A stretch of DNA of 64,000 nt from Macrostomum lignano. Lineage: Eukaryota. The translations under genes and the position numbers were made by a program. Where the stretch lies: contig NIVC01001177.1 in NCBI GenBank assembly GCA_002269645.1, forward strand, positions 62,001 through 126,000, in the 5' to 3' direction. Positions 22,791-35,387 of this stretch are shown here, one piece after another; the first letter of the stretch is position 1; each line of letters opens with the position of its first letter. Below the pieces are notes generated by a model. That model was given only the letters and a program-made list of their open reading frames with translations, ran no database searches and had not been told where the DNA came from.

Positions 22791-23534
22791 AAAGAAAAAT
22801 TATTGATTACCACAACGCTAAATGCGCCAAAAGCGCCAATACCGTACGCGGGCCCGCACTCGTACACCCGCTCACACAAACAAATATAGCGCATGACAAA
22901 AAACAAGCGTGCAGTGGTTGTACCTGGCCGCGACCTTCCTGACCCCGACGACGCGGAACTGACACGAGCATCGGCTGGCTAGCATCCTGGATCTGATATC
23001 CGTACCTTGTTCTATAGTACTCGCCAATAGTGATGCTGTGTAGTTCATTCGTAGCCGGATCTCTGTATTCAAATTCGGTGAAGACATTTGCCTCCCAATC
23101 AATATCGTTGATGCGGAATTTACGGTTATTGTTCAAGCGCATCATGACGCTTTGGCCAAATAATGCGTCATTGAAGTATTGGATCAAATGGTCTTTGTTC
23201 ACCTGCGCCTGCTCGTACATATAATCCAGAACAGTGTATTGGTGAACCACTTCGAACAGCAAGTCAACATGCAGCAGAGGGAATTCGGGCTCCTCGGAGG
23301 GCACCACGGCGGCATAGAAACCGGGCCACATCTGCAATGGTAAAATGATTGCAGCTTCCTACAGTTCAAATTGAAATATTCAGTTAGGAAGCCAGATAAA
23401 AGTGAAGTAACGTAGTCTGCAATAGATACAATATTTTAGCACTTGATTAGCAAATAGCTATCAACGCCCACCCCCCGTTGTGGTGGCAACAAAGAAAGGA
23501 ATACAAATTTTTGAATAAACTACATTGTTTGTTA

Positions 23535-24292
23535 TTCCTTTTTGCGGCCTAGTTGGCACTGAAAGCTTTCAATTTAATCATAGATACGGAAATCAGGCTT
23601 GCGAGACTGAAATGTTTCTGTCTATGGTCGACACTCGCTGGCATAGCGGAGTTCAATTTAATCCTGGGGGCATCAATTTGATCATTCTAATCATATAACG
23701 TTAGATATCCAGTGCTATAACACAAGTTGTTTACTTATCGTTAAGAAACACTGAAACCGGACCTACACAACAAAAAATAGACACTTCAGCGCTGGATGTC
23801 GTTGAGTCAAAAAACTGTTTAGATGACTGGCTGTACGGCGATGCTGGCTGGAATAAACCTCAACATAAACTTCCCTGGAATAAACTTCATCGGCTGATCG
23901 CCGCACACTCCTAAGCGGTGACAATCAGACTGTACTTCTCATTGCTAATCTTGTCGTACTGACCGCGGTGTACCTGGACTGGCTGGTCGATGTCGTCATT
24001 TGCCTGGTCGATGTCGTTATTTGTAGTTTAAAAACTCCACTCACTGCCATCCTCTTTAAGTAGCTCGTCTAGATTACTCATTAAAACAACCCAGCTAAAA
24101 ACAAGTTGCGATGACAGTAAAAATGTGCATTGAGAACATAGAACGATCAAATTGATGCCCCCAGGATTAAATTGAACTCCGCTATGCCAATGAGTGTCGA
24201 CCATAGACAGAAAATTTTCTGTCTCGCAAGTCTGATTTCCGTATCTATGATTAAATTGAAGCTTCCAGTACCAACTAGGCCGAAAAAAGGAA
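23535..24292. mobile_element. MITE/foldback element with ~150-bp TIRs in PIWI intron 2
   Basis: 23535-23683 is the near-perfect reverse complement of 24145-24292; TA on both flanks. Confidence 0.85.
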
Positions 24293-24974
24293 TATTTGTG
24301 ACGATTGTTTGTTATCTTAAAGAAAATGATGTTTAAAGCAAAAAAATTATCCTTTTAAGCCATGACTTGACCCTAACTCTACCCTTTGATTCTTGGCCTA
24401 CCAAAAACGCTCCCAATTGACCATTGGTATCTCAGAAACTCGTCCGCAATGAGTCTTAACAACTCAGCAATCCTCTGCTCTCAATGTACACTTTGTGCCT
24501 TGGGGGTTGGCCCTCATGAGTTGTAAATCACACAACAACACCGAGTCCATAAACATGAGAATGCTCACCGCCAGGCGAAAATTAGCGAGTGTAATCTCTC
24601 TGTCCGGATAAAAATAGTTTCGCTGCACCTGCTGCATGCCGAGATCCGGCTGCGCACTAGCAATGAGCACATTCAGCAGGTGCAAATACTCCGGGCTGTT
24701 GTGCAGCACCGGGCCAATCTGTACGATAGTCACTTCGCCGTGCCATCGACCAGCTGTAGCTTCGAAATGCACGCCCTCCGGTGGCGCCTCCAGCGGCTGA
24801 GGCGTGTACAGGATGCCACCGTCATAGATAAATGCGTCTGGCAGGCGGCCGGAATCTTGGAGGACCTGCAACGATTAAAACAAAATAATGGAATAATATT
24901 AATTTCCTTAGATTTCTTTTGTTAAAGTTCAATTAAAAGAGTGACTCAAAGAGCCACCTCTTACATATGATGCC

Positions 24975-25430
24975 ATTGATATAGGGCGCCCACCAAGGAG
25001 ATCTAGGGTGCCCACCAAGGAGATCTAGGGCGCCCACCAAGGAGATCTAGGGCGCCCACCAAGGAGATATAGGGTGCCCACCAAGGAGATCTAGGGTGCC
25101 CACCAAGGAGATCTAGGGTGCCCACAAAGGAGATATAAGGCGCCCACCAAAGAGATATAGGGCGCCCGCCCACCAAAGAGATATAGGGCGCCCGCCCACC
25201 AAAGAGATATAGGGCGCCCGCCCACCAAAGAGATATAGGGCGCCCACCCACCAAAGAGATATAGGGCGCCCGCCCACCAAAGAGATATAAGGCGCCCGCC
25301 CACCAAGGAGATATAAGGCGCCCACCAAAGAGATATAGGGCGCCCGCCCACCAAGGAGATAAAGGGCGCCCGCCCACCAAAGAGATATAGGGCGCCCGCC
25401 CACCAAGGAGATAAAGGGCGCCCACCAAGA
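24975..25430. repeat. 22/26-bp minisatellite (TAGGGCGCCC(GCCC)ACCAA(G/A)GAGATM) in PIWI intron 1
   Basis: Direct reading. Confidence 0.96.
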
Positions 25431-26664
25431 GACAGAAAATTAATTTGAAAGACTGAGCCAGCCTAAGACTAAACATCCAAATTCGCTATGTAGATTTTTA
25501 ACGAGTGAATTAACATTAGTGCTACAAGTCTGATAAGTGACGACTGAAAAGTCGTTTTCTTGAGTAATGCTCTGTTCCAATGGCCAAATATTGTAAGTTA
25601 AACAGCCAAGGCTTACTTGTTTAACGAATGATTTAAACTGCCAACACTCACCTGCAGCCGAAGCTGCTTGGACTCGAGCCCCGGTCTGAATAACACCTTA
25701 TTTTGCATTGCCTGGAAATTTTTAGATACTCTCAGGCGAATGTTGTTGCTAATCAGAGCGACCGGTTCACCGCTGACTCCGCGAGTCAGCTCCACGCCCG
25801 GCGGTCGGACGTCGGCGATGCGATAGCGAAGCAGCTTCCTGGACAGGCCGCCGCGCTCGTTGTCGTGGCCACCGAGACAGGCGAGCTCCATTCCTTGGGC
25901 CAGGCGATCAACTTCTTAACTGCCACCTTCGGTGCCTTGAACGGCTGGAGCTGCGGCGGCGGCTGCTGCTCCTGGCTGAGCCTCATCTGCCGGAGGCTGA
26001 AGCTGCATAGGCGGTTGCGGCTGCGGCTGTTCGTCTTGCCGAGACACAGGTGGCGCTTGTGTGGGCGGCGCCGCCCTGCCTCGAGCCCGGCCACGACCGC
26101 AAGTGGCTACTGCTGGCTGCTGCTGCTGCTGTTGTTGTTGTTGTTGTTGTTGTTGTTCTTCTTCTTCTTCTTCGTGTTTCATGCTGGAGGTGTTTTTGCT
26201 GAAATTTGCATAGAGACAACTTCAATGACTTGAATTAAGATTTTTTGGGCAAATGTTTACTCTGACTTCTATTGATTCTAGTGACTACTGGCCTACCCCT
26301 GAGATGAACTGTACAAAGCAAAGGTTTGTAACAGACTTGACCACTTTTATTTTGTTCCTTCTTGAATGAAATATATTTGATAAATAATCTAATCTAAATA
26401 AATAATAATTAAAAAAAAAATGATAAATATCAAAAATAATATGAAATATGATAATATTGGATATTCTACCTTGCGCCCTTAACTGTTTATAATGTACATC
26501 AAACTAATGTACATACAAAATACTCAAGGGCACGTTGTTCTCTAAGCGAACCCTCAGACTTCCAATATATAAATCGCATTCAATGCCCAAGTGGGGGCAA
26601 ACTTCTTTTCAGCAAATTCTACTGGCCTCGCGTCAATTAATACATTGGCGTGGCAAGCAAAGCA

Positions 26665-27167
26665 ATGGCTGTCCAACTGTAACTGCCCTCACCTGAGCCA
26701 TTTGATGTCAGCTGTGAACCTCACACTCTCGCTTTGCGCAGGGAAGACTGGTCATCGCAATTCTTGTGCTTCATTCAGGCCACAGGAGTCAAGGACCCCG
26801 CGCAACAGAGGCAAGTTCTGCTCTACACTGGCGGCAAAGAGCTGGCCAAACTATACAAACAGCTGAGCAACACCAAAGACACCATTGAGTCACTCCACAA
26901 GTCATTCAAGGACCACTTCACTAATTGCAACAGTATTGTATTCTCTAGGCATGAATTCCAAAACTGCAAGCAGCAGCCCGACCAGAGCATTGACAAGTGG
27001 GTCAGCCGACTGTACAGGACAGCAGAGAGCTGCGACTTCAAGGATCTGCAGGATTCCCTCATTTGCAATCAGATCGTCGCCGGGTGCAACTCAGAACAAC
27101 TTACAGATAACGGCTGCTCCAGACTGCCAACATCGGCCTTCAGGAGGCACTGCAACTGTGCCAGGTG
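26665..27167 (+). mobile_element. Ty3/Gypsy gag, 5' part (pseudogene)
   Basis: ATG 26665: MAVQL*LPSPEPFDV..EDWSSQFLCFIQATG..FQNCKQQPDQSIDKWVSRL..CDFKDLQDSLICNQIVAG, the retrotransposon gag pattern. PBS-like TTGGCG at 26645. Confidence 0.8.
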
Positions 27168-27179
27168 ACCAGAACAGTC

Positions 27180-30100
27180 CAGTGGTGTTAGCCTGGCGCG
27201 AATTTTGTGCTCAATGGCACGAATGCGCGATTTTCGAGGTATGGCGCGAATTTCGTTTAAGCCCATAGAGCGAAAAATTAGACGTTGATTCTGCTCTTAC
27301 TAAAGCTTATCTATGTATTATTTTATGAATTTAGTTCATGCCATTTTGTTTTTGGATTGATGTCATCATATCTTGCCTTGTGTTTCGTGTTCTTTTTGCT
27401 ACAGTTATTAGTTAAGCCACTTTTAAAGTTCTGCGTTGATTGAAATTTAGTCGACTTACGTGTAGGCATTTTTCAATGTAAAGTACATGTAAAGCAGCAC
27501 GATAAATTGTGTTTGGGGTATGATATGGTATCAGGCTATAGTTAAATTATATTAACTAGGGTTAGCTATTTTCAGGATAAGTTTGTCTTATTAAACAGTA
27601 AATTAGTCATCAAAACTTTCTTAATTAACAATCAATTAAACAATGCAAATTATTAATTTCAGCCTGATTGCCTGAAGTAAATGGCTAAAAAACGCACTGG
27701 AATGACGATTGGTTAAAGCAAACTAACAAGAATGGCGATAGCATTGGCCTGTGGGCTCGAAAGGCCAAGGACGGTGATTCCACTTCCAGCTATGAAGCAT
27801 ACTGCACCTGGTGCAATCAACCATTTTCATTCCGGAGTGGTCTAACTAATTTTAAGAGCCACTTGCGCTGCCAAGCACCAAACAGTATCGAGAGCGCTAA
27901 AGAGCAGCAGTTCGCTGAAGCTGCTTATGAATCCCACTAGCAGTGCTAGCACTGGACCAGGATCAGGCAACAGCAAGGAAAATGCTCATGAGCACGAATC
28001 TGCTACTGCGATTGCAAGAGTCAGCGAAATTCGATGCTGTGCAAGAATTGTTCTTAAGAATCGAAGCTTCGAGTCCGAAGATGATCTGGTTGACGATCTT
28101 CACGCCATCTGCCCCGATTCGAAAATTCCACCGGCAATAAATCTTCACCGAACTAAGATCACCTATTTGGTGACCCATGGGTTGTTCCCTTACCTCAAGG
28201 AGGTTGTTCTAAAAGATTTCAAGGCATCGGAATATTTTTCAATGCAGATTGATGAAGCAAATAAGAAGCGCAAGTATATTGGCATCGTACTACGCTACCT
28301 GAAAAAGTACAAGCAGCAACTGAAAGTGGAAGTAGTGTGCATCGATTTACCGTTGCTAGACTCGACAAACGCAGAAGGCATCGCTTCTGCTTTGATGGCC
28401 ACACTTTCGGAATGTGACCTTGTAGCCTCCAACTGCGTTGGTGTAATGACGGATAACTGCAATGTTATGCGTGGTGCCAAAAGCGGTGTGGTTGTGCGTC
28501 TGCAGAAAAACTGGATGTTGGAGGATGCAGTCTGCACCATGTGCATAATGCCACTAAGTACGCCTGTGATGCGTCTGACTTAAGTGTTTGCATCGAAACT
28601 CTCGTCCGGAACATCTACTCTCACTTCAAATTCGCACTGTCTGAACGTGACAGCTTCGACGCCATTGCTAATGAGCTTGAAGAAGTCAAGAACTTAGCTT
28701 TTCTCCAGCCAGTTGAAACCCGCTGGCTGCAGCTTCTTCCGGTCGTTGAACGTATTCTGCAGCTTCTTCAGCCACTGATGAAGTATTTCTCGGAGACGAC
28801 AGACACCGGTGCAAAGTTTGCCATCATGAAAACAAATGTATTAGACGCGAAGGTGCACTTTTTCCTGAATTTTCATTCAGAAGTTCTGAAGCCGTTGCAG
28901 AAATTTGAGTTGCTATTTCAGCAGAGTGGGTGCCAGATCCTCCAACTGCATGATCAACTGACGGATCTCATGCGCCTCTGGCTGCTGCGATTCGCGAAGC
29001 CTGACAAAGTCGCAGAAAAATTGTAGAAATTCGACGTCAAATATGAATCTATCTGGCTTTCTCCATTCTGAATCGCAATAGGCGAGCCAGCTAGACAACT
29101 CTTTGTCGAAATGTCAGCTGCGGACCAGCAAGAATGCCTTTTTTCAATGAAGGCATTTTTTAAGAAAGGAACAGAAAAACTAATAGAGTACCTACCACTC
29201 GAAAGCTCAATTCTCAGGGCGTGTAAGCTTCTGGACCCCAAAAATCAGAGCAACGATCGCTTTGTTCACTGGGTCATCACTTTAGCAAAGCATCTTCCAG
29301 CAATTGTGTCCGAGACTGAGCTAGACAGTCTCCGAGTCGAGGCTCGTCTACACCAGCACGATCTGCGAGATGTCAATGTCGAGAACATTGGATTGCTTGA
29401 ATTCTGGAGCAAAGTCTCTGAAGCAGACAACCGACCTCTGCTGCTGCGCATTGTGCAAGTGTTGTTAGTCCTTCCACATGGCAACACAGAGGTTGAGCGC
29501 GTATTCAGCAATGTCAGCGATGTCGTCACAAAGAAACGCTCGAGCCTGGCACCACTGACGGTGAAAGCGTTAGTAGTCTCCCGATCCTGTCTCCAGACAA
29601 AGTGCTGGTCAGCAGCTACACTTCCTGTCTCTCTGAGGCTAAAGAACATGTGTGCCAGCGTTTACGCTGCCTTCCGACAGCACCTGCAGCAGGAGAAGGC
29701 GGAAGAGGAGCAGAAGAAGCAGAAGGAGTTGGAGAAGCAGATTATTGCGGAAGTTCAAATGGAGAAGAAGGCGAGCAAGCCCTACACCAGCCTAGAGAAG
29801 TCGATGACGACCACCAAGGAGCTAATCAGGCAGAAGCAGACGGAGAAGGAAAATGCTGTAACGACTTCTGCTGGAAATGACTAGGTCAAAAGAAGACAGA
29901 GACACAGAGTTGGCGAAATTGCAGCAGCAGCAGCAGCCGAAGCTTCACGAAAAGAAGATGAAGGAAGCCGAGAAGATTGCCGAGAACGTTCTAAAGCAAA
30001 AGGCTATTAAAAAGGGGGCTTTTGAAACCTCTGCTAAAAACTGTCACCGACAAAAGGTTCCGTCGAAATTGACCACTTAAAAGCTTCCTAGCTCATGCTT

Positions 30101-30755
30101 AGTGTTTCCTAGCTCGCTCCTGTTGAATTGTGCCAGTTTCTCATACATTTTTCTTCTAAGTTAGTGTCTTCAAGCTCTTAAATTACGTTGCTTGCTGCTA
30201 GAACTTTTATTTATTTTTTTAGCTACTTCTCACAACTCATGTGCCAGTTAGACTATCAATGTAGTTTATACGCTCCTATGCAGTTCAATTGTCAAAATCA
30301 AACATATTTTTACTATTGCCATTAACATTGCTATACATTTTCGAATTCGCTCAATTGAAAATCTCTAGAAAATGTTTTTAAGAACTCGTTTTGCCTTACA
30401 TTATTTTTAATGCTAAATGTGCTTGCTGTGTTTTCAAGCTCGTAAATAATGTAAATCACAGCATTATTTGCTACTGGAATTTTCATTTATTTTTCAAGTG
30501 ACTTCTTACAAACTCAAGTGCCAGTTAGACTGTTAATGTAGTTTATTTTAATATGCAGTTCAAGTTCAAAATCAAATATATGTTTACTATTATGTTTACA
30601 TTGCTATACATTTTCAAATTTGGTCAATTATTGAACATTTCTGGAAAATATTTTTAAGAACTTGTATTGCCTAATGATATTTTTATGCTATACTAACTGC
30701 AAGTGCAAAAAAGTATGCAGGTGCAAAAAAATGGGCACCCCCACTAACACCACTG
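27180..30755 (+). mobile_element. hAT DNA transposon (3.6 kb) with frameshifted transposase (~27683-30080)
   Basis: 12-bp TIRs CAGTGGTGTTAG/CTAACACCACTG. BED finger YCTWC..FKSHL, FSMQIDE, MTDNCNVMRG, CSLHHVH, ETRWL, dimerisation domain LPHGNTEVERVFS. Subterminal GGCGCGAATTT repeats at the left end and a ~280-bp direct repeat at 30150-30700. Confidence 0.93.
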
Positions 30756-31500
30756 GCTAGGTCCGTAAAGCTGAAAAATACCAATCAGCCACTATGGAAT
30801 TGCACCGCAAAGAGGCTGTCAATCTTGTGGGGCGCTCAAGAGGTGAGCAAATTGACAGGCCAGCCTTCAAGTCCAACAATCGGCAAACGTGCTAACAATT
30901 TGGCAAATTTGGGCACCATTGCGAAGTTGCGATGCGGACATATGAAAACCTATAGCATCTGTGACAAACTGGGACACCTTGCCAAGGCCTGCATGTTGAA
31001 GCGAACTCAAGAGACTGCATGCACATCCTCGATGATCAAAGGTGGCAGGACCCAGAGAGCTTTCAGCAGTCAACTGAGCAATGTTGAGGTGTTCTGTCTG
31101 GCTATAGACAAACTGCCGCTACTAACAATCTCAATCAATGGCAAGCAACTGGAAGCCCTTGTTGACAGTGGCGCCAGTTGCAATGTGATTGACAACCTTT
31201 CAGGAGATCAAGACTGCTAAAACGCCACTTTGGCTGTCAACAAGGCGGCTTTATCCTTTCAGCTCTCGGTTGTCCCTGGAAACTGTTGGCCAGGCTAAGC
31301 TCATGGTCAGCGTCTGCAGTTCAAAGAACATGGTTGACTTCACAGTGGTGCGCAACCCAAGGTGTCACCATTGTGGGAAGGGCCATGAGTGAGAAATTTG
31401 GGGTACTGCGAGTTAGGCAGAAAAGAAAGATACGTACAAATCAACAGAATTGGCAGCACCAACAAAATGGAAGCAGCTGAACTTGAGTGTCCAGAGAGCT
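30756..31500 (+). mobile_element. Ty3/Gypsy gag 3' part, zinc knuckles and aspartic protease (truncated; no RT/RH/IN)
   Basis: ARSV..AEKYQSATME resumes gag; CDKLGHLAKAC knuckle; protease INGKQLEALVDSGASCNVID..GRAMSEKFGVLR. Confidence 0.85.
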
Positions 31501-31827
31501 ATTCCACAAATTTCCCAGCTGACTAACTCTTCCATTCTCTTTGGAAGAATTCATCCAATTTGTCATTAGACTGGCTAACTGGTAGTGGTAGCTGCCACTG
31601 TTGCAGCAAGGTCAGCAAATCTCAAGGCCACTCACCAATTTTTACTGTCTTTATTCTATATCTGACTATAAAATAAAGAGACCTAGACAGTTTAAATTTG
31701 TTTCTACACTAAATGAACTAATCACAAACTTTAAATTTAATTTATACAAATATGAGCCTATCTAAAATGCCACATTTATTCTTTTCTAATTTCCTTTCAA
31801 AATTTATATAAGGCAAAGATATAGTTT

Positions 31828-32095
31828 ATTCTACCTTATACCATTATTTGTTTATAATGTCAAACTATGCATATCCATAATACTCAAGTGCACAATGTTG
31901 CTCTTTGAATAAACTAATAGGGCATAGACTTTATATAAATTTCATTTAATGCTCAAATATGGCCTAACTTCCTATTCAGCAAATTCTACTAACCTTGTAT
32001 CAACTATCAATTACAATAATAAGCATTGTCTATTATCAGCATTCAAAATGCTCATATGCTATTACAAACTTATCAAGATATTTAATGTTAGACCT
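31828..32095 (+). mobile_element. Heavily decayed second copy of the Gypsy 5' region (homologous to 26462-26712)
   Basis: Colinear blocks TATTCTACCTT..TGTTTATAATGT..TACTCAAG..ATATAAAT..TTCAGCAAATTCTACT, continuing through the PBS-like site into the gag start. Confidence 0.75.
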
Positions 32096-33254
32096 ACCCA
32101 TTTGCCTGCACTAAAACTGCAGCCACGCAGACCATGCATGCTCTCTCTGTGTTAATTCATCTAATCTAACTAGATAACTATGCAAAAAAGCAAATAAGAT
32201 GGGTGGGGTGGAAGAATATCACACCACCATACCAATACTGCCGCCGAGCACAATGCCAAGCGTTATAAATACAATGCAATTAAAAAAGCCAAGGTTCTCC
32301 ACTGCCAAGTTTAGTAAAGTTTGAGCTCAAACCTAAGAAAGGACTTGTCTTAGTTCTTCAAAGTTTCTGCCTGTCGTGGCAGAGGGGTAGCAGATGTATA
32401 AATTAGTTAGCATGAGAGGCCTTCAGATACTCCCGATAAACAACTTGTTACATCTACAAGAAAAATAAGATTTAGTATAGTTGGATTTAGAAAAGTCTAG
32501 GAATTAGGATAGCTACTAACATGTCTTAAAATGGGACTATGCCTATAATGATAACTTAAGAGTAACTTATATGCAATATTTTTATTTAAAAAATTAGCCC
32601 TTTTGATTTTAACAAAAGAATAATTAATTACACTTGCTCTAAGTCTAATTCAAACAGATTTAAGCAGGAAGGAATAAAACAAAAAAGTTTAGCTAATGCC
32701 AATGGCACTTTTAAATAAGTTTGTTTTTTACCTTTTAATAGGCAAGTTTATAATTATAGGTAAACATAAAAAAACAATCCTATATACTAAAAATGAGTTG
32801 TCTGTATCTATCTAGCTATGCGATAGATTTTAGAAAAAACGGCTCAACCGATTTTCTTCAAACTTGCACCATTCGATCAGAAATTTTCCTGGGACGGTAC
32901 ATGCATCTTGGCTAAGAAATTGCTCAATATTAAAGGGATTAAATATTCAAAAAACATGCTTTTTTGCAAAGGTCAAGCAAAATTTTCGACTTGAAATGCA
33001 TTGTAAGAATGCTAGAGAAAACATTGACTGACTGAATTTCAATTCTGATAAAGATTGCATCACAACAAATTGAAAACAGTGCCGAAGAAATGCACACACA
33101 ACTTGATTGAAATTGCGTAACAATATTGCTAACTTAAATTGACACTGATACTGGCTGACTGAGAAATTGATTATGTCATAACATTTTACTCTAACCGACT
33201 TGCTGTAAGTACTGAATTATAAGGGCCACAATTCATGTTCTCCAATTGACAAGA

Positions 33255-33321
33255 GATAGCATAGATGCGAACAGACTGGACTGCTAATGTAGCAACCTGG
33301 GTTCGAATCTTAGTAGTGCCA
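33255..33321 (+). pseudogene. Degenerate tRNA or SINE-head relic (GCT anticodon-like loop)
   Basis: Perfect B-box GGTTCGAATC, ACTGCTAA loop and GCCA end; the anticodon and T stems are broken. Confidence 0.4.
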
Positions 33322-33379
33322 AAAATTTTTTTTAAAACACCTTAAAAACACGAAAAGCTAAAAATAAAAGAAGCGCAAT

Positions 33380-35340
33380 GTCAAACATAAAAGTGGCACT
33401 ATTTCAAAAATAAAATTGGCACCATGTCAAACATAAAACTGGCACTATGTCAAACATTATAGAGCCACCATGTCAAATATAAAAGAGCCACCATGTCAGA
33501 CATGAAAGAGCCACCATGTCAAATATAAAAGAGCCACCATGTCAAACATAAAAGAGCCACCAAATAAATCATAAAAGAGCTACCATGTCAAACAAAAGAG
33601 CCACCCTGCCAAACATTAAAGAGCCACCATGTCGAACATAAAAGAGCCATCATGTCAAACATATACGTGACTCCATGTCGAACATTAAAGAGCCACCATG
33701 TCAGACATAAAAGAGCCACCATGTCAAACATTAAAGGGCCATCATGTAAAACATAAAAAAGCCACCATGTCGAACATAGATGAGCCACCACATCAAACAT
33801 AAAAGAGCTACCATGTCAAACTTAAAAGAGCCATCATGCCAAACATAAAAGAGCCACCATGTCGAATGTCAAAGAGCCACCATGTCAAACATAAAAGAGC
33901 CACCACAGCAAACATAAAAGAGCTACCATGTCAAACTTAAAAGAGCCATCATGCCAAACATAAAAGAGCCACCATGTCGAACATAAAGGAGCCACCATGC
34001 CAAACATAAAAGAGCCACCATGTCGAATGTCAAAGAGCCACCATGTCAAACATAAAAGAGCCACCATGTCGAACGTCAGTAAGCCACCATGTCAAACATA
34101 AAAAAGCCACTTTGTCGAACATTAAAGAGCCACCATGTCGAATGTCAGAAAGCCACCATGTCAAACATAAAAGAGCCACTTTGTCGAACATTAAAGAGCC
34201 ACCATGTCAATCATAAAAGAGCCGCCCTGTCAAACATATACGTGACTCCATGTCAAACATTAAAGAGCCACCATGTCAAACATTAAAGAGCCACCATGTC
34301 AAACACAAAAGAGCTGCTATGTCAAACAAATACATGACTCCATGTCAAACATATACGTGACTCCATGTTAAACATAAAAGAGCCACCATTTCAAATATTA
34401 AAAAGCCACCCTGTCGAACATTAAAGAGCCACCATGTCAAACATTAAAGAGACACCATGTCAAACATAAAAGAGCCATCATATCAAACATATACGGGACT
34501 CCATGTCAAACATTAAAGAGACACCATGTCAAACAAAAAAGAACCACCATGTCAAACATTAAAGAGCCACCATGTCAAACATAAAAGAGCCACCATGTCA
34601 AACATAAAAAAACCACCATGTCAAACATATACGTGACTCCATATCGAACATATACATGACTCCATGTCAAACAAAAAGAGCCACCATGTCAAACATTAAA
34701 GAGCCACCATGTCAAATATATTTTTGACTCCATGTCAAACATTAAAGAGCCACCATGTCACAGAATTAAGCCACCATGTCAAACATAACAGAGACAACAT
34801 TTCAAACATAAAAGGGCCGCCGTGGCGAACATAGAAGAGCCACCATGTCAAAGATTAAAGAGCTACCATGTCAAACATAGAAGAGCCACCATGTCAAGCA
34901 TTAAAGAGCTATCATGTCAAACATTAAAGAGCTATCATGTCAAACATTAAAGAGATATCATGTCAAACACAAAAGAGCCACCATGTCAAACATAGAAGAG
35001 ACACCATTTCAAACACAAAGAGCCACCATGTCAACATTAAAGAGCTACCATGTCAAACATAGAAGAGCCACCATGTCAAACATTAAAGAGCTATCATGTC
35101 AAACACAAAAGAGCCACCATGTCAAACATAGAAGAGACACCATGTCAAACATAGAAGAGACACCATTTCAAACACAAAAGAGCCACCATGTCAAACATAG
35201 AAGAGACACCATGTCAAACATAGAAGAGCCACCATGTCAACATTAAAGAGCCACCATGTCAAACATTAAAGAGCCACCATTTTAAACATAAAAGAGAGAC
35301 CATTTTAAATATAAAAGAGGTGTCATGCCAAACAAATGGA
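33380..35340. repeat. 23-bp minisatellite (GAGCCACCATGTCAAACATAAAA)
   Basis: About 85 degenerate units. Confidence 0.97.
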
Positions 35341-35387
35341 GCCACTATAAAGCTAAGGAAATTGTTGCACTAGCTACTTTTTCTCTG

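Larger units (their letters stand above)
19384..26182 (-). pseudogene. PIWI: PIWI-clade Argonaute gene, 8 exons, disrupted (or assembly-damaged) and MID-shortened
   Basis: Exons: 26182-25652, 24865-24569, 23331-22924, 22329-22040, ~21951-21648, 20651-20422, 19951-19727, 19617-19384 (all GT-AG). N-terminal GRGRARGRA; N domain GVSGEPVALISNNIRL; PAZ INDIDW..EYYRTRY..QPMLVS..PPELC; [41 protein letters not shown]; terminal LFYL*. In-frame TAA at 25916-25918 and a 1-nt frameshift near 22205. Confidence 0.9.

Noticed and set aside
5492-26682. TAA reassigned or read through (in-frame TAA at 385, 5492, 25916, 26680; one aligns to Tyr)
   Set aside because: PIWI (LFYL-TAA) and MTA1 (KSGV-TAA) end at TAA at their expected C-termini, and the other cases lie in elements with further lesions.
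26462-32095. LTR pair flanking the Gypsy element
   Set aside because: Homology of the second copy runs through the PBS-like site into the gag start, so it is a second decayed element rather than a 3' LTR. No TG..CA ends or TSD found.
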